Assembly (NCBI GenBank): GCA_963798085.1
Contig: CAWCRS010000006.1
Location: 1 to 50,859 of the forward strand
Source of the DNA: an uncultured Gemmatimonadales bacterium
GTDB lineage: Bacteria > Gemmatimonadota > Gemmatimonadetes > Longimicrobiales > RSA9
DNA length: 50,859 bases
Direction: 5' to 3'
Position numbers and translations under genes: made by a program
Shown here: piece by piece, positions 26,565-43,959 of the stretch
How the letters are laid out: every line of letters begins with the position of its first letter
Position numbering within the stretch: the stretch's first letter is position 1
Notes under the pieces: generated by a model
Database searches by the model: none
Told to the model about the DNA's origin: nothing
What the model saw: only the letters and a program-made list of their open reading frames with translations

Positions 26565-27983
26565 TCAACGCTCGGGCGCGCCAGCCCGGACCCGCCTCGC
26601 TTCCGCAATCAGCTTCTCGATCTCATCCGCCGTGCGCGGCGCCGCCGCGGACAGAACCTCGGCGCCGGTCGCGGTGACGAGCACGTCGTCTTCAATGCGT
26701 ACGCCCAGCGCCTCATCGGAGAGATAGATACCCGGCTCGACGGTGAGCACCATGCCGGGCACGAGCGCGCGACCGTAATCGCCCACATCGTGCACATCCA
26801 TCCCCAGCCAGTGCGAGAGCCCGTGCACGAACCAGCGCGAGCAGGAAGGCCCTCCGCACAACGTGCCCGAATGACGATCAATGTACTTGCGCGCGATCTG
26901 CTCCAGCTGCGGAATGCTCATCCCGGGCCGGACGGAATCGATCGCGGTCTGCTGCGCGCCCAGTACCAGGTCGTAGATGGCGCGCTGCCTCGGGGAGAAC
27001 CGACCCGACGCCGGCATCGTGCGCGTCACGTCGGCCGAGTAGTACCCGTACTCCGCGCCAATGTCCACCACCGCGAGGTCGCCATCCTCGATCCGCCTGC
27101 GGTTCCGGTCGTAGTGCAGCACGGTCGAGTTGGGCCCCGATCCGATGATGCTGGGAAACGCCACGCGCTCCGCTCCCTCGCGCCGGAACGTGTACTCGAT
27201 CGCCGCCTCGATCTCGTACTCGAACAGACCCGGCTCGATCGCCTGCATGGCCACACGCTGCGCATCCGCCGTAATGGTGGCCGCACGGCGCAGGCGACGA
27301 AGCTCGTCCGCGTCCTTGACCAGCCGCAGCCCCGCGGTCAGTTCGCCGGCATCACGCACCCGTCCCGTAGCGGCCTGGGCGGAGTCCGCGAAGGGCAGGC
27401 AGGGCCGGGCACAGTCTGCTTCGGCCGCACCCTCCAGCCATGCCGCCATCCCGGACCCCGGCACGATCATCGCCCGGAGCAGACCGCGAATATCGGTCGC
27501 GGCTGCCTCCGAACTGCGCACATCCGCGATGCCGGTCAGGCGGGCGGCCTCGGGGCCGGGTCCGAGCTGCACCCCGGTCCAGCGCTCCTCGCCCGGGTTC
27601 CGCGGCGGCAGGTACAGCCGTACCTCGCGCTTATCATTCACGCCGGCCGACAGGACCAGCCACGCACCCGGCGCTTCCAGTCCCGTCAGGTAGAAGAAGT
27701 CGTTGCGCTCACGGTAGTCGCTGTCCTGCGGGTAGTCGCCTTCGGGGCGGACGCGCGCCGAGCCGATGACCGCGACGCCGGCTCCCATTGCGCTGAAAAG
27801 GTGGCCCCGTCGTTGCTGCAGGAGTTCCACCGGAACGGGGCCTGCAGGAGATCCTGCCTGGCCCTGTGTGGGCGCGCGAGCGCAATGCAGCAGAGCCAGC
27901 GCGAGGACGGCCGACTGCACCGCCGACACGCCTCGCCGCGACGCGGGAAAGCGCCGCCGTCCGGTGCTGATGGCTTGCCGCAT
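26565..27983 (-). CDS. Xaa-Pro aminopeptidase (M24B), probably exported or lipid-anchored; start uncertain
   Basis: DFFYLTG, VLHY, DIGAEY, ADVTRT, HGLSHWLGMDVHD, TVEPGIY and RIEDD; hydrophobic N-terminus ending LALLHC. Confidence 0.92.
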   Translation of the reverse strand: MRQAISTGRRRFPASRRGVSAVQSAVLALALLHCARAPTQGQAGSPAGPVPVELLQQRRGHLFSAMGAGVAVIGSARVRPEGDYPQDSDYRERNDFFYLTGLEAPGAWLVLSAGVNDKREVRLYLPPRNPGEERWTGVQLGPGPEAARLTGIADVRSSEAAATDIRGLLRAMIVPGSGMAAWLEGAAEADCARPCLPFADSAQAATGRVRDAGELTAGLRLVKDADELRRLRRAATITADAQRVAMQAIEPGLFEYEIEAAIEYTFRREGAERVAFPSIIGSGPNSTVLHYDRNRRRIEDGDLAVVDIGAEYGYYSADVTRTMPASGRFSPRQRAIYDLVLGAQQTAIDSVRPGMSIPQLEQIARKYIDRHSGTLCGGPSCSRWFVHGLSHWLGMDVHDVGDYGRALVPGMVLTVEPGIYLSDEALGVRIEDDVLVTATGAEVLSAAAPRTADEIEKLIAEARRVRAGAPER

Positions 27984-27994
27984 GGAGTTGTCTA

Positions 27995-28024
27995 ACGATA
28001 CCTTATGACAACGGTTTGCGTCAA
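27995..28024 (-). promoter_or_regulatory. Candidate sigma70 promoter for the aminopeptidase gene
   Basis: Minus strand TTGACG-N18-TATCGT. Confidence 0.45.
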
Positions 28025-28188
28025 CTCAGACCGTATCCGCCAGGGTCCTCGCGCGGACCACGGCAAGGCACCAGGCTGTGCCGCCGGGAAACCGGGTGCG
28101 GCGGCCAGTGAGTCCCGAACCTCGGGGCATCTCGTGGGGGTCGGAACAGACCCGAGTCGAGGCCTGAGTCAATCCCGGTAATGAGCGA

Positions 28189-31237
<3,049 letters not shown>

Positions 31238-31241
<4 letters not shown>

Positions 31242-31790
31242 TGCAGACAAACGCGCGTCCGCAGGAGCTGGCGCTGCCGGTGGCCTCCCTCGCCGCTCTG
31301 CGGCGGGCACTCGCGGAAGCTGTAGGCGACGACGCTGCCGCCGTTGCCTTCCAGCAAGCCGGCGTCGCGGCGGGCGACGCGTTCTTCCAGACTGCTGATT
31401 CATGCGCCCGGTGATGCGACGGGACCGGCAGACTGGGATGAGGGCACGTTCTGGCGGCGATTTGCCGAGCTTTTCGAGCGTCGCGGCTGGGGCCGCATCA
31501 CGAATCACAGCGTGCACCCGGGCGTGGGAGCGCTGGATGCCCACGAATGGGTCGAGTCCGATCCCGATGCCACTGCCGCCCGGCCGAGTTGTGTCTTTAC
31601 CAGCGGCCTGCTCGCCAACCTGCTCGGCCGCGTGTGCAACGACGAGGTCGCCGTGCTCGAAGTGCAGTGCCGGTCGCGCGGCGATCAGCATTGCCGCTTC
31701 CTCTACGGCAGCCCGGATGTCCTGGACACCGTGTACGGGCGCATCCGCGCTGGCGAGCAGGTGGACGATACGCTCGCCGCACTCACCTGA
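31238..31790 (+). CDS. Stand-alone V4R (4VR) domain protein, frameshift near 31388
   Basis: ATGA overlap with ligA. N-terminus MMQTNARPQELALP...AGVAAGD, then RGWG, C..TSGLL and E.QCRSRGDQHCRF. Confidence 0.82.
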
Positions 31791-31800
31791 GACCGCGCGA

Positions 31801-32262
31801 GTGGCGAGGGTACTCGGCATCGATTACGGCGAGCGCCGCGTTGGCCTGGCACTGAGCGACCCCACCGCCACACTGGCCCAGCCACTCCCGCCACTGCTGC
31901 GCCGGAAGGGCAAGCGGCCGCCCGTGCAGGCACTGCTCGATCTCGCGCGCGAACACGCTGTCGACCGCATCGTCGTCGGCCTGCCCCTCTCCCTCGAAGG
32001 CACGGATACCGCGTGGACCACAGAAGTGCGCGCGTTCGCGGCGAAGCTCGCGGAGCGCGCAGGACTGCCGGTCGCGCTGCTCGATGAGCGCCTCACGTCC
32101 GTCATGGCCGAGCGCGCGGTGCGCGCCCTCGGCCTCAAACGCTCGCAGCGCGAGGAGAAAACGCGCATCGACACGGCCGCCGCGGTACTGATTCTGCAGT
32201 TGTTTCTGGATCGTGCGCGTCGGAACGCACCGGTCCAGAACGAAGAGGAGCTGGCGCAGTGA
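31801..32262 (+). CDS. ruvX: YqgF/RuvX family nuclease
   Basis: LGIDYGERRVGLALSD, VVGLP, DERLTS and IDTAAAVLILQ. Confidence 0.93.
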   Translation: MARVLGIDYGERRVGLALSDPTATLAQPLPPLLRRKGKRPPVQALLDLAREHAVDRIVVGLPLSLEGTDTAWTTEVRAFAAKLAERAGLPVALLDERLTSVMAERAVRALGLKRSQREEKTRIDTAAAVLILQLFLDRARRNAPVQNEEELAQ

Positions 32263-33297
32263 AATTCAGACGCACCTCGCGACCGGCGGCGGCGTATCGC
32301 GCCTGGCGCTCGCTGCGCAGTCCAGCCCTGCCGCTGCTGCTGCTGGCGCTCGCCTGCACGGATCCCGGAACGGGAACACCGGTGCGCGTGCGGGTGCGGG
32401 AGGGCGCATCCTTTCGCGAGGTGGCAGACTCACTGGGTGCGAAGCACATCCTCCATGCGCCGCTGCTGTTCCGGCTGTACGGCCGCGTCAGCGGGAGAGC
32501 CAGGCAGGTCAAGCCGGGCACCTACGAATTCGGGCGCGGCGCGGGATGGGTGTACGTGCTCGACAATCTCGTCGCCGGCCACTTCCTCACAGCGAAGCTC
32601 GTGATTCCCGAGGGCATGGAAGCCGAAGACATTCGCGGCGCGCATGAGCACGCTCACGGGCGTGAGCGCGGACTCGCTGGCGCACCTGCTCGAGGATACC
32701 TGTCCGCCACCCGCTTCGGCGTGCCCGGCCCGACACTCGAAGGCTACCTCTATCCGGACACATACACATTCCCCATCGATGCGCAGCCGGATCCGTGATC
32801 CGCGCAGCTCGTGGACGGTATCGTCGCGTATGGACCGATGAGCGGCGCGCCCGGCCAGCGCGTTGCGCCTGAGCGAACGACAGGTGGTCACACTCGCATC
32901 GATCATCGAGAAGGAAGCGGTATCACCCGGATGAGATGCCGGTCATTTCCGCGGTGTATCACAACCGGCTGCGGCGAGGCATGCGCACTGCAGGCGGACC
33001 CCACCGTGCAGTACGCGCTGGGCGGGCATCATGGGCGCCTCTGTATACAACGACATCGCGCGCGTGCGCGACCACCCGTACAACACCTATGCGCGACCCG
33101 GCCTGCCACCCGGGCCGATCGCTTCGCCCAGCGCGCGCGCCATCGACGCGGCGCTCGCCCCCGCGGACGTGGACTTCCTCTACTTTGTCGCGCGGCCCGA
33201 TGGCACTCACGTGTTCTCGCGCACCCTCGCCGAGCACGACCGCGCGCGCGCCATGATCCGGCGGGAACAGCGACAGGCTGCGAGCAAACCGGCGTGA
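32259..33297 (+). CDS. mltG: Endolytic transglycosylase MltG, several frameshifts
   Basis: [47 protein letters not shown] and LYFVA are distributed over different frames. Confidence 0.88.
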
Positions 33298-33992
33298 GCG
33301 CGCTCGACCTCCGTCTGATCGTGATCACGGATCGCAACTGGCTTCGCCGCGCAGCGTCATCAATGTGGTCGGCCGCCGCGCTCGACGCGGGCGCGCCCGC
33401 CATCCAGCTGCGCGACAAGCACGCGACCGCGCGCGAACTGCTGGAACAGGCGGAACTGCTGCTGCCACTCGTGCGCGCCCGCAACGCACGGCTTTTCATC
33501 AATGACAGGCTGGATGTCGCATTGCTGGCCGGCGCCGACGGCGTCCACCTGGGCCCGGATGACCTGCCTGTGCGCGCCGCCCGCGCGATTGTGCCGCCCG
33601 GCTTTCTCGTGGGTCGCTCCACGGACAACGTCGAACTCGCCATCCAGGCGGAGGCCGATGGCGCGAGCTACATCGGCTGCGGCGCCGTCTTCGGCACGAC
33701 GTCCAAGATGGAGGCGGCGGACGAACGCATTGGCACGGCCCGACTCGATGCCGTCGCGCGCGCAGTCCGCATTCCCGTGGTCGGTATTGGCGGCATCAAC
33801 ACCAGCAATGTCGGCGAGATTGCCGCGACGGCAGCTGGCGGCACCGCCGTCATTGGCGCAATCATGAGCGCCAGAGACCCGGCCGCCACAACGCGCGCAC
33901 TGCTGCGGCCGTTTCACGCGCGTCACCGCAGAGTTGGTGAGCAGTCTTGCCGTCGCGCGTGTCAGCCGGCAGGGCGCGGCGCGCTGGAGTGA
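33294..33992 (+). CDS. thiE: Thiamine-phosphate synthase; 3' end uncertain
   Basis: [30 protein letters not shown] and VGIGGI. Confidence 0.9.
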   Translation: MSALDLRLIVITDRNWLRRAASSMWSAAALDAGAPAIQLRDKHATARELLEQAELLLPLVRARNARLFINDRLDVALLAGADGVHLGPDDLPVRAARAIVPPGFLVGRSTDNVELAIQAEADGASYIGCGAVFGTTSKMEAADERIGTARLDAVARAVRIPVVGIGGINTSNVGEIAATAAGGTAVIGAIMSARDPAATTRALLRPFHARHRRVGEQSCRRACQPAGRGALE

Positions 33993-35126
33993 GCGGCTGC
34001 ATCCCTGGATCTATCGCAGTGACGTTGTGGCGCCGCCGGACTCGGCTGCCGGTATCGTCATGGTGGAGGACGAGCAGGGCCGCGTGCTGGGCACCGCGCT
34101 CTGGAGTCCCGCATCCGCCATTGCGCTGCGCATGCTCACGCACGAAGCGCGACCGAAGTCGGCCCGCTTTCTGGCTGCAGCGCATCCGCGCCGCGGCGAG
34201 CGCTGCGCGACCGGCATCGCATCGATGCGACCGCGTTCCGGCTGGTTCACGCCGAGGCCGATGGCCTGCCCTCGCTCATCGTGGACCGCTACGACGAATG
34301 GCTGGTCATGCAATTCCTGTCCGCCGGAATCGAGCCGTACCGCGACGAGATCATCAACGCCTTGCTGATCGAGTGCCAGCCGCGCGGCATCCTGGCGCGC
34401 GATGACGTGCGTATTCGCAGCCACGAAGGCCTGAGCAGCGGCGTGCACCTGCTGCACGGAAACGTACCCGACGTAATCGAGGTCCGCGAAGCCGCTGTTC
34501 GACTGCTTGCTTCGCCCTGGACCGGGCAGAAGACCGGCGCGTTCCTCGATCAGCGTGAGAACCGCGTGCGCGCCGGCACACTGGCCCGCGGCCGCGCTCT
34601 CGATGCCTTCGCCTACCATGGCGGCTTCGCGCTGCACCTCGCGCACGCCGGCGCACAGGTCACCGCGCTCGAATCGTCGGCGGAGGCAGTGGCGCACGCC
34701 CGCCACAATGCCCGCCTGCTCGGGCTTGAGGACCGCATCGAATTCGTCGAGGCAAACGTGTTCGACACGCTGCGTGAAATGGAAAGCCAGCGTCTCAGCT
34801 TCAATGTGATCGTGCTGGATCCGCCCGCCTTCGCGAAACGCCGCGACAGCCTCGATTCCGCCCTGCGCGGCTACAAGGAAATCAACCTCCGCGCCATGAA
34901 GCTGCTGGCGCCCGGCGGTTCACTGCTCACCTTCTCCTGCTCCTACCACGTGGGCCCCAATGTCTTCCGCGCCATGCTCGAAGATGCCGCCGCCGACGCC
35001 CGCCGCCCGCTGCGCTGGATGGAATGGCGAAGCCAGTCTCCCGACCACCCCGTCATTATCCAGATCCCCGAAACATCCTACCTCAAGGGGGCTCTTCTTA
35101 CCGCGGAGGGGGCGGAGGCATCGTAA
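33937..35126 (+). CDS. RlmI-like class I SAM-dependent RNA methyltransferase, frameshifted around 34160-34225
   Basis: HPWIY (PUA domain), GQKTGAFLDQRENR, LDPPAF, FSCS and PETSYLKG. Confidence 0.88.
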
Positions 35127-35173
35127 GCCGGTGGCTGCCGCATGCCGGGAGAGAACGGCATTGGAAGTTGAGC

Positions 35174-35983
35174 TCAGATGCCGCCGCGTTCGAGTACAGC
35201 CCCGAGTTCTTCGCGGCCGAGGGAGAAGAGGCCGAGGCGGCCGTGCCAGACGCCGTGCCAGTCGGAGCCGCCGGTCACGTACAGGCCCAGGCTGGTGGCG
35301 ACCTGCTCGAACGCCATGCTTTCCTGCGCTGAGCATTTGGGGCGGTAGCACTCGACGCCGTCGAGGCCCCAGTTCACGAAACGGCGGATCTCGCGGTTGA
35401 ACGAGTCGTAATCCGGGTGTGCCCATACGGCGATGCCACCGGCCGTGTGGATGCGCTCGATGGCTTCGGCAGGCCCCACCAGGTTCACGGGGCGGTAGGC
35501 GTCGCAGGCGTTGCCAATGTAGCGGTCGAAAGCCTCGCTCACGGTGTGCGCGAAGCCGCGCTGCACGAGCACGCGGGCAAGGTGCGGACGCGCGATCACG
35601 CGTGCGCCCGCGGCGGCGCTGGTGACTTCCGTGTAGTCCACACTCACGCCGCCACCGTCCAGGGCGTCGAGGATCGCGATCATGCGCTCGCGCCGCCGCT
35701 CCACCGCATCCCGCTCGTGCGCCTGCAGCACGGGGTGCACCGGGTCGACGAAGTAGCCCAGCATGTGCAGTTCCAGGCCCTCGTGCGTGGTGGACATCTC
35801 GATGCCGGGAACGACGTGCACGGACCCCCTGCCCGCCGCACTGGCTTCGGCGAAGCCTGATGTCGTGTCGTGATCGGTGAGGGAGACCACATCCAGGCCT
35901 CCGGTCCGCGCGGCTGAGATCAGCTCGCTCGGCGAGAGGCTGCCATCCGAAGCTGTGCTGTGAAGGTGCAGATCGATTCGCAT
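35174..35983 (-). CDS. PHP-domain phosphoesterase (TrpH/YciV-like)
   Basis: DLHLHSTASDG, LTDHD, GIE, AHP and GGSDWHG. Confidence 0.92.
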   Translation of the reverse strand: MRIDLHLHSTASDGSLSPSELISAARTGGLDVVSLTDHDTTSGFAEASAAGRGSVHVVPGIEMSTTHEGLELHMLGYFVDPVHPVLQAHERDAVERRRERMIAILDALDGGGVSVDYTEVTSAAAGARVIARPHLARVLVQRGFAHTVSEAFDRYIGNACDAYRPVNLVGPAEAIERIHTAGGIAVWAHPDYDSFNREIRRFVNWGLDGVECYRPKCSAQESMAFEQVATSLGLYVTGGSDWHGVWHGRLGLFSLGREELGAVLERGGI

Positions 35984-36273
35984 GTACTGCCTGGTTACGT
36001 CAGCTGTGGCGCGCGCGTCGGGCGGCGCTTCGACTGCAACAGCGCACGCCCCGCTTTCCGCAAATCCCTCCTTCATCGTAGGGCAAGCGTGCGCACAAAG
36101 CTACCCGGTCCCATGCGCCAGCGCTTCGAGGACGCGTGTCTGCTGCATGACACGCGCCGGCATGGGTCCTCCGGATGTCGGTCCGTTTGTCTCTGAATTG
36201 CCGTCAGTGCACGAATTGACCGGCAGACGCGCCGCCCGCGGATCGTGAGCGCGCGAGCGAAAACGAGCCGGCG

Positions 36274-37968
<1,695 letters not shown>

Positions 37969-38023
37969 TTGCCAGTCGCGCTTTCTGTCGTGAGACGTGC
38001 TGCTGGTTGCCCCGATGCGAACG

Positions 38024-38908
38024 CTACTCGAGGGCGGCCGCGCCACCCACGATCTCTGCAATCTCCTGCGTGATCTGCGACTGCCTCGCCCGGTTGTACG
38101 TGCGATTGAGTCGATCCAGCATGTCGCCGGCGCTGTCCGTCGCGTTCTTCATGGCCGTGCGGCGCGCACCATGCTCGGCGGCCGCCGTCTCCACCAGAGC
38201 CCGGTACATCGCATTGCGTACGTAGAGCGGCAGCAGACGCTCCAGTATGGCTTCCGCCGAAGGCGATAACTCGTAGTTGGCGATGCGCGCCGGCTTCGCG
38301 CCGGGCGCGGCGCCGGATTCCGCTGGCGCCTGCACGGGCAGCACGCGCAGGACGCCGGGCGGCGTGTTCATGGCCGAACGGAACTGCGCGTGCACGATGT
38401 ACACTTCGTCCAGCTCGCCACGCTCGAAGGCAGCGCGCAGCGGATCGATGACGCTGGCCGCATCGTCGATCGTGGGCCGGTCGCTGATGTCGGTGCGTGA
38501 TGTCGCCATCGACTGGCGGCGGAAGCGGAAGAAACCCACACCCTTGCGTCCCACCGCGTGCAGATCGGCGGCCACGCCATCGTTCTGCAGCCGGCGCAGC
38601 AGGGTGCGACCCTCGCGGATCAGGTTGGCGTTGAAGGCACCCGCCAGGCCGCGATTCGATGTGATGACGATGACCGCGGCGCGCCGGATCTTCTCCGGCT
38701 GGCGCAGCAGCGGGAAGCGCTCGTACAGCTCGGGTGAAATGAGACGGCTCAGCACATCGGCCAGCCGCTGCGCGTACGGTCGCGCGGCATGCACGCGATC
38801 CGTCGCGCGCTTCAGCTTGGACGTGGAGACCATCTCCATCGTCCGTGTGATCTGGCGCGTCTTGCCGATCGAGCGAATGCGCCGCTTCAGTTCACGGGGT
38901 CTCGCCAT
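38024..38908 (-). CDS. atpG: ATP synthase gamma subunit
   Basis: [21 protein letters not shown] and [19 protein letters not shown]. Confidence 0.97.
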   Translation of the reverse strand: MARPRELKRRIRSIGKTRQITRTMEMVSTSKLKRATDRVHAARPYAQRLADVLSRLISPELYERFPLLRQPEKIRRAAVIVITSNRGLAGAFNANLIREGRTLLRRLQNDGVAADLHAVGRKGVGFFRFRRQSMATSRTDISDRPTIDDAASVIDPLRAAFERGELDEVYIVHAQFRSAMNTPPGVLRVLPVQAPAESGAAPGAKPARIANYELSPSAEAILERLLPLYVRNAMYRALVETAAAEHGARRTAMKNATDSAGDMLDRLNRTYNRARQSQITQEIAEIVGGAAALE

Positions 38909-38917
38909 GCCCCGTCC

Positions 38918-40471
<1,554 letters not shown>

Positions 40472-40477
40472 TACCGT

Positions 40478-41050
40478 TCAACCTCGGTTGACTGCTGGGG
40501 TTTCCGGAAGTTTCGCCTCGAGCAGGCGGGAGCGCATGGAAATCAGGCGGCGGCGCAGGGATCCATCCAGCAGCCGGTCGCCATAACGCACGATTACACC
40601 GCCCAGGATGGCAGCGTCGACATGCACGTGCGGTATCACGGTCTTGCCCACCATGCGCATGAGCCGCGCGGAAATGTCCGCCAGCTCGCGCGCATCGGGC
40701 TCGTGCGCCAGGGTTACCGCCATGTTCACGCGGCCCAGGCGCTGATCCATCATGGTGTCGTACTCCGTGGCCATGGCGCGCAGCAGCCGCTGCCGGCGCT
40801 TGTCCAGCACGACCAGGAGAAAATTGAGGAACAGCGGCGGCAGACTGCGCTGGAAAGCCGTGGCCAGCACGCGCTTCTTCTCGGCCACCTCGATCTTGGG
40901 GCTGCGCAGGAAATCCCGGATCATGCGATCGGAATCGATCAGCGTGTTCACCGTGACGAAGGCCCGCGCATAGGCCTCGAAATCGTTCGTGCGCTCCGCC
41001 AGCTCGTACAGTGCCGACGCGTAACTGCGTGCGATGGTCGACTGCTCCAC
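40478..41050 (-). CDS. atpH: ATP synthase delta subunit
   Basis: IARSYASAL, ILGGVIV and LDGS; operon position. Confidence 0.93.
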   Translation of the reverse strand: MEQSTIARSYASALYELAERTNDFEAYARAFVTVNTLIDSDRMIRDFLRSPKIEVAEKKRVLATAFQRSLPPLFLNFLLVVLDKRRQRLLRAMATEYDTMMDQRLGRVNMAVTLAHEPDARELADISARLMRMVGKTVIPHVHVDAAILGGVIVRYGDRLLDGSLRRRLISMRSRLLEAKLPETPAVNRG

Positions 41051-41605
41051 TCAGTTCGCTCCCCCGGAAACGCGGCCCAGGTATTCCGTCACCAGGCGAC
41101 GATCCTCGTCCGATCCCAGGCGCCGCTCGATCAGCTTGCCGGCCGCCGCAATCGCCAGGTCCACCGCGTCGCGACGCAGCTCCTGCAGCGAGCGCTCGCG
41201 ATCCGTGGCAATGTCCTGCCGCGCGCGCTCGAGCAGGTGCTGCTGCTCGGTGCGCGTCTGGTTCAGCAGCTCCTCACGCACGCGATCCGCCGCCTGTCTG
41301 GCCTCGAGCAGGATCTGCTGCGCCTGCTCCTTCGCCGCGCCCAGCTCCTGGCGCTGCAGCTGCAGCAGCTTCTCGCCCTCATCGCGCAGCCGCTGGGCTT
41401 CATCGATTGCGTCCTGTATGCGCTTCTCGCGCGCCGCGGCGTACCCCAGAATGGGCGGAAACGCGAACCTGGCCAGCACCGCCAGCAGCGCGAGGAAGAT
41501 CACGACCGTCCAGAACGAGACGTTCGCGCTCAGGTGGAAGACCTCGGAGGCGCCTCCCCCTTCCGCCTGCTGTGCCAGCAGAACCATGAACATGCTCATG
41601 CGCAT
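41051..41605 (-). CDS. atpF: ATP synthase subunit b
   Basis: FWTVVIF transmembrane helix followed by a charged coiled coil; operon position. Confidence 0.92.
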   Translation of the reverse strand: MRMSMFMVLLAQQAEGGGASEVFHLSANVSFWTVVIFLALLAVLARFAFPPILGYAAAREKRIQDAIDEAQRLRDEGEKLLQLQRQELGAAKEQAQQILLEARQAADRVREELLNQTRTEQQHLLERARQDIATDRERSLQELRRDAVDLAIAAAGKLIERRLGSDEDRRLVTEYLGRVSGGAN

Positions 41606-41696
41606 CCTGTCTCGATCGTCCGGGCGCGAGCCGCGGAGGAACGGCAGCCCCACCAGACCGGCCACCATGGTACAGCCCGCGCCCGGACCCTGAGTG

Positions 41697-42032
<336 letters not shown>

Positions 42033-42234
42033 TCACCGCTTCTGTGGATCACGCGCCCCCGCGCATGACGCGCTGCGCAACCCCGCGGCTCTCCCCGACC
42101 ACCCGGCCGGGTACCTGGCGACGACACCCGTGGAGCCCGGTTGTCGAAGGCGCGCCTCCTCGGGCGGGCGCGCTCGCCCATCGAACTGCAGCGTCGCCCA
42201 GGCCCCGGCAACGCCTCCCGGTCCGTTCAGGTCC

Positions 42235-43128
42235 TCAATGCTGATGCCTGATCAACCCGATGAACACGCTCGACAGCATGGCAAAGATGTAAGCCTGCAG
42301 GAACGCGACGAACAGCTCCAGGATCATGATGCCCACCGCCATGATCAGCGGCGCGGGCGTGATGAACAGCTTGTTAGCCGCGCCCGCGAGAACCAGCAGG
42401 CCGGTGAGCGCCAGGACCACGGCGTGCCCGGCCGTCATGTTCGCGTAGAGCCGCACCGCCAGGGCGAACGGCTTGGTCAGTTTGCTCAGGATCTCGACCG
42501 GCGTCATGATCAGGAGCATGGGAACCGCCATCGCCCAGTGCAGGCCCTCGGGCACGAAGAAGATCGTCTTCGCATAGCCCTTCGCGCCCAGCTCGCGCAT
42601 GCCCGTGAACTCGACGATCAGGAACGTCATCACCGCCAGGGCCGCCGTCACCGAGATGTTGCCGGTCGGCGAACCGCCCCAGGGCAGCAGACCCAGCAGG
42701 TTGCAGAACAGAATGAAGAAGAAAACGCCAATGATGTAGGGCAGGTACTTCTCCCCGCCGTGGCCGATGTTGGGCAGCGCCACCTCATCGCGGAAGTAGA
42801 GGATGAACGCCTCCACGACATTGGCGGCGCCCTTCGGTCCCCGACTGGCCCCCGCGGCATGCTCGCGACGCGCATCGCGCGCCGCCGTGATCAGCACAAT
42901 CGCCACCAGCAGCGCCGCCACCGCCATGTAGACGACGTGTTTGGTGATCGAGAAATCCAGTGTGATCGGACCCAGATGCACCGGTGTGAAGTGCGGCAGA
43001 TGCACCACCCTGCCCGGCAGATCCAGTTCATAGGAGTCCGCCAGGTGGTGCAGGATCATCCCCTTAATGTCGAAGCCGCCGTTCGCCTTCGCCGGCTCCT
43101 GTAGCATACGCAAGAGATTCAGCATCAT
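42235..43128 (-). CDS. atpB: ATP synthase subunit a
   Basis: NLLGLLP, PTGNI, KPFALAVRLYANM.AGH and LQAYIF. Confidence 0.96.
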   Translation of the reverse strand: MMLNLLRMLQEPAKANGGFDIKGMILHHLADSYELDLPGRVVHLPHFTPVHLGPITLDFSITKHVVYMAVAALLVAIVLITAARDARREHAAGASRGPKGAANVVEAFILYFRDEVALPNIGHGGEKYLPYIIGVFFFILFCNLLGLLPWGGSPTGNISVTAALAVMTFLIVEFTGMRELGAKGYAKTIFFVPEGLHWAMAVPMLLIMTPVEILSKLTKPFALAVRLYANMTAGHAVVLALTGLLVLAGAANKLFITPAPLIMAVGIMILELFVAFLQAYIFAMLSSVFIGLIRHQH

Positions 43129-43486
43129 GCCGCCGCACGACCTTTCGCAGGAACACTGGCTCCAGCAGGAGCAGCACGAACACCGCCAGCACCATCGACA
43201 TCATCGTGCTCACAGGTGGCAGCAGCGCCGTGCGCTTCAGCCACCACGCGGACACACCCACGACAATGAACCGCACCGCGATTCCACCCAGCCACCCGGC
43301 GAGAAAGAGAGTAGGCTGTTTCCGGACGCGCACCAGTACCGCAAACGCGATCAGCTGGAGCACATAGGCAAGCAGAACCGCGATCCGGATCCCGCGCGCA
43401 TCCGCCGGTGAGGCCAGACCCGCCAGCACCACGCCCACCACCACCAGCAACAGACCGGCACCGGCGTAGGCCGACCACGCCTTCAT
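43064..43486 (-). CDS. AtpI-like four-helix membrane protein; 3' end uncertain
   Basis: Hydrophobic protein between the atpZ-like gene and atpB. The 65-nt overlap with atpB may reflect an indel. Confidence 0.65.
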   Translation of the reverse strand: MKAWSAYAGAGLLLVVVGVVLAGLASPADARGIRIAVLLAYVLQLIAFAVLVRVRKQPTLFLAGWLGGIAVRFIVVGVSAWWLKRTALLPPVSTMMSMVLAVFVLLLLEPVFLRKVVRRHDAESLAYATGAGEGERRLRH

Positions 43487-43728
43487 CCCTCGCCCCCATC
43501 GTGCCGGCCGCCGCTCCGCGGCGGCGGGCTCAGTTGACGCACCAGCCGGTAGAAACCTGCACCCGCGCCCACGAACGCGCCCACCAGCCCCCCGACTTCA
43601 CGACTGCCCAGCCGCACCCCGACCCACGCGCCCGCAACCAGGAAGAGAAGCGTCGCCAATGCCCACGTCAGACCTGCGCTCAGATACCGCGAAACAGCAA
43701 CGCCCGTGGATGGCTCGCGCTCTCGCAA
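43483..43728 (-). CDS. AtpZ/AtpI-family two-helix protein
   Basis: RYLSAGLTWA...GAWVG...LVGAFVGAGAGFY; first gene of the atp operon, GGAG RBS. Confidence 0.75.
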   Translation of the reverse strand: MREREPSTGVAVSRYLSAGLTWALATLLFLVAGAWVGVRLGSREVGGLVGAFVGAGAGFYRLVRQLSPPPRSGGRHDGGEG

Positions 43729-43801
43729 CTCCTCGACTCCCCCGCGTTGCTCGACCGCTTCCGGCCCGTGCCGCAGGTGTCGCTACGCCGGCGGGCGGGT
43801 A

Positions 43802-43830
43802 AGAATACCTGCTTGTGAAATTTTTCGCAA
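43802..43830 (-). promoter_or_regulatory. sigma70 promoter of the atp operon overlapped by a Rex-like operator
   Basis: Minus strand TTGCGA-N17-TATTCT; palindrome TTGTGAA-ATTT-TTCGCAA at 43813-43830. Confidence 0.7.
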
Positions 43831-43840
43831 GCTTCCCGCC

Positions 43841-43870
43841 TTGACGCTCAACGCGGCCGCCGGGTATCTT
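43841..43870 (+). promoter_or_regulatory. Divergent sigma70 promoter for the BsuPI-moxR operon
   Basis: TTGACG-N18-TATCTT. Confidence 0.55.
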
Positions 43871-43959
43871 GCACCCTCTGTGCCCCCGCCGGCGATGCCC
43901 GCCGCCGTAATGCACAGCCCGAAAATAACTTAGACCTCTCTGCAAGCACACCGGGCAAC

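Noticed and set aside
35984..36273. Small ORFs in the atpC-PHP spacer
   Set aside because: No RBS, motif or clear structure to support them.
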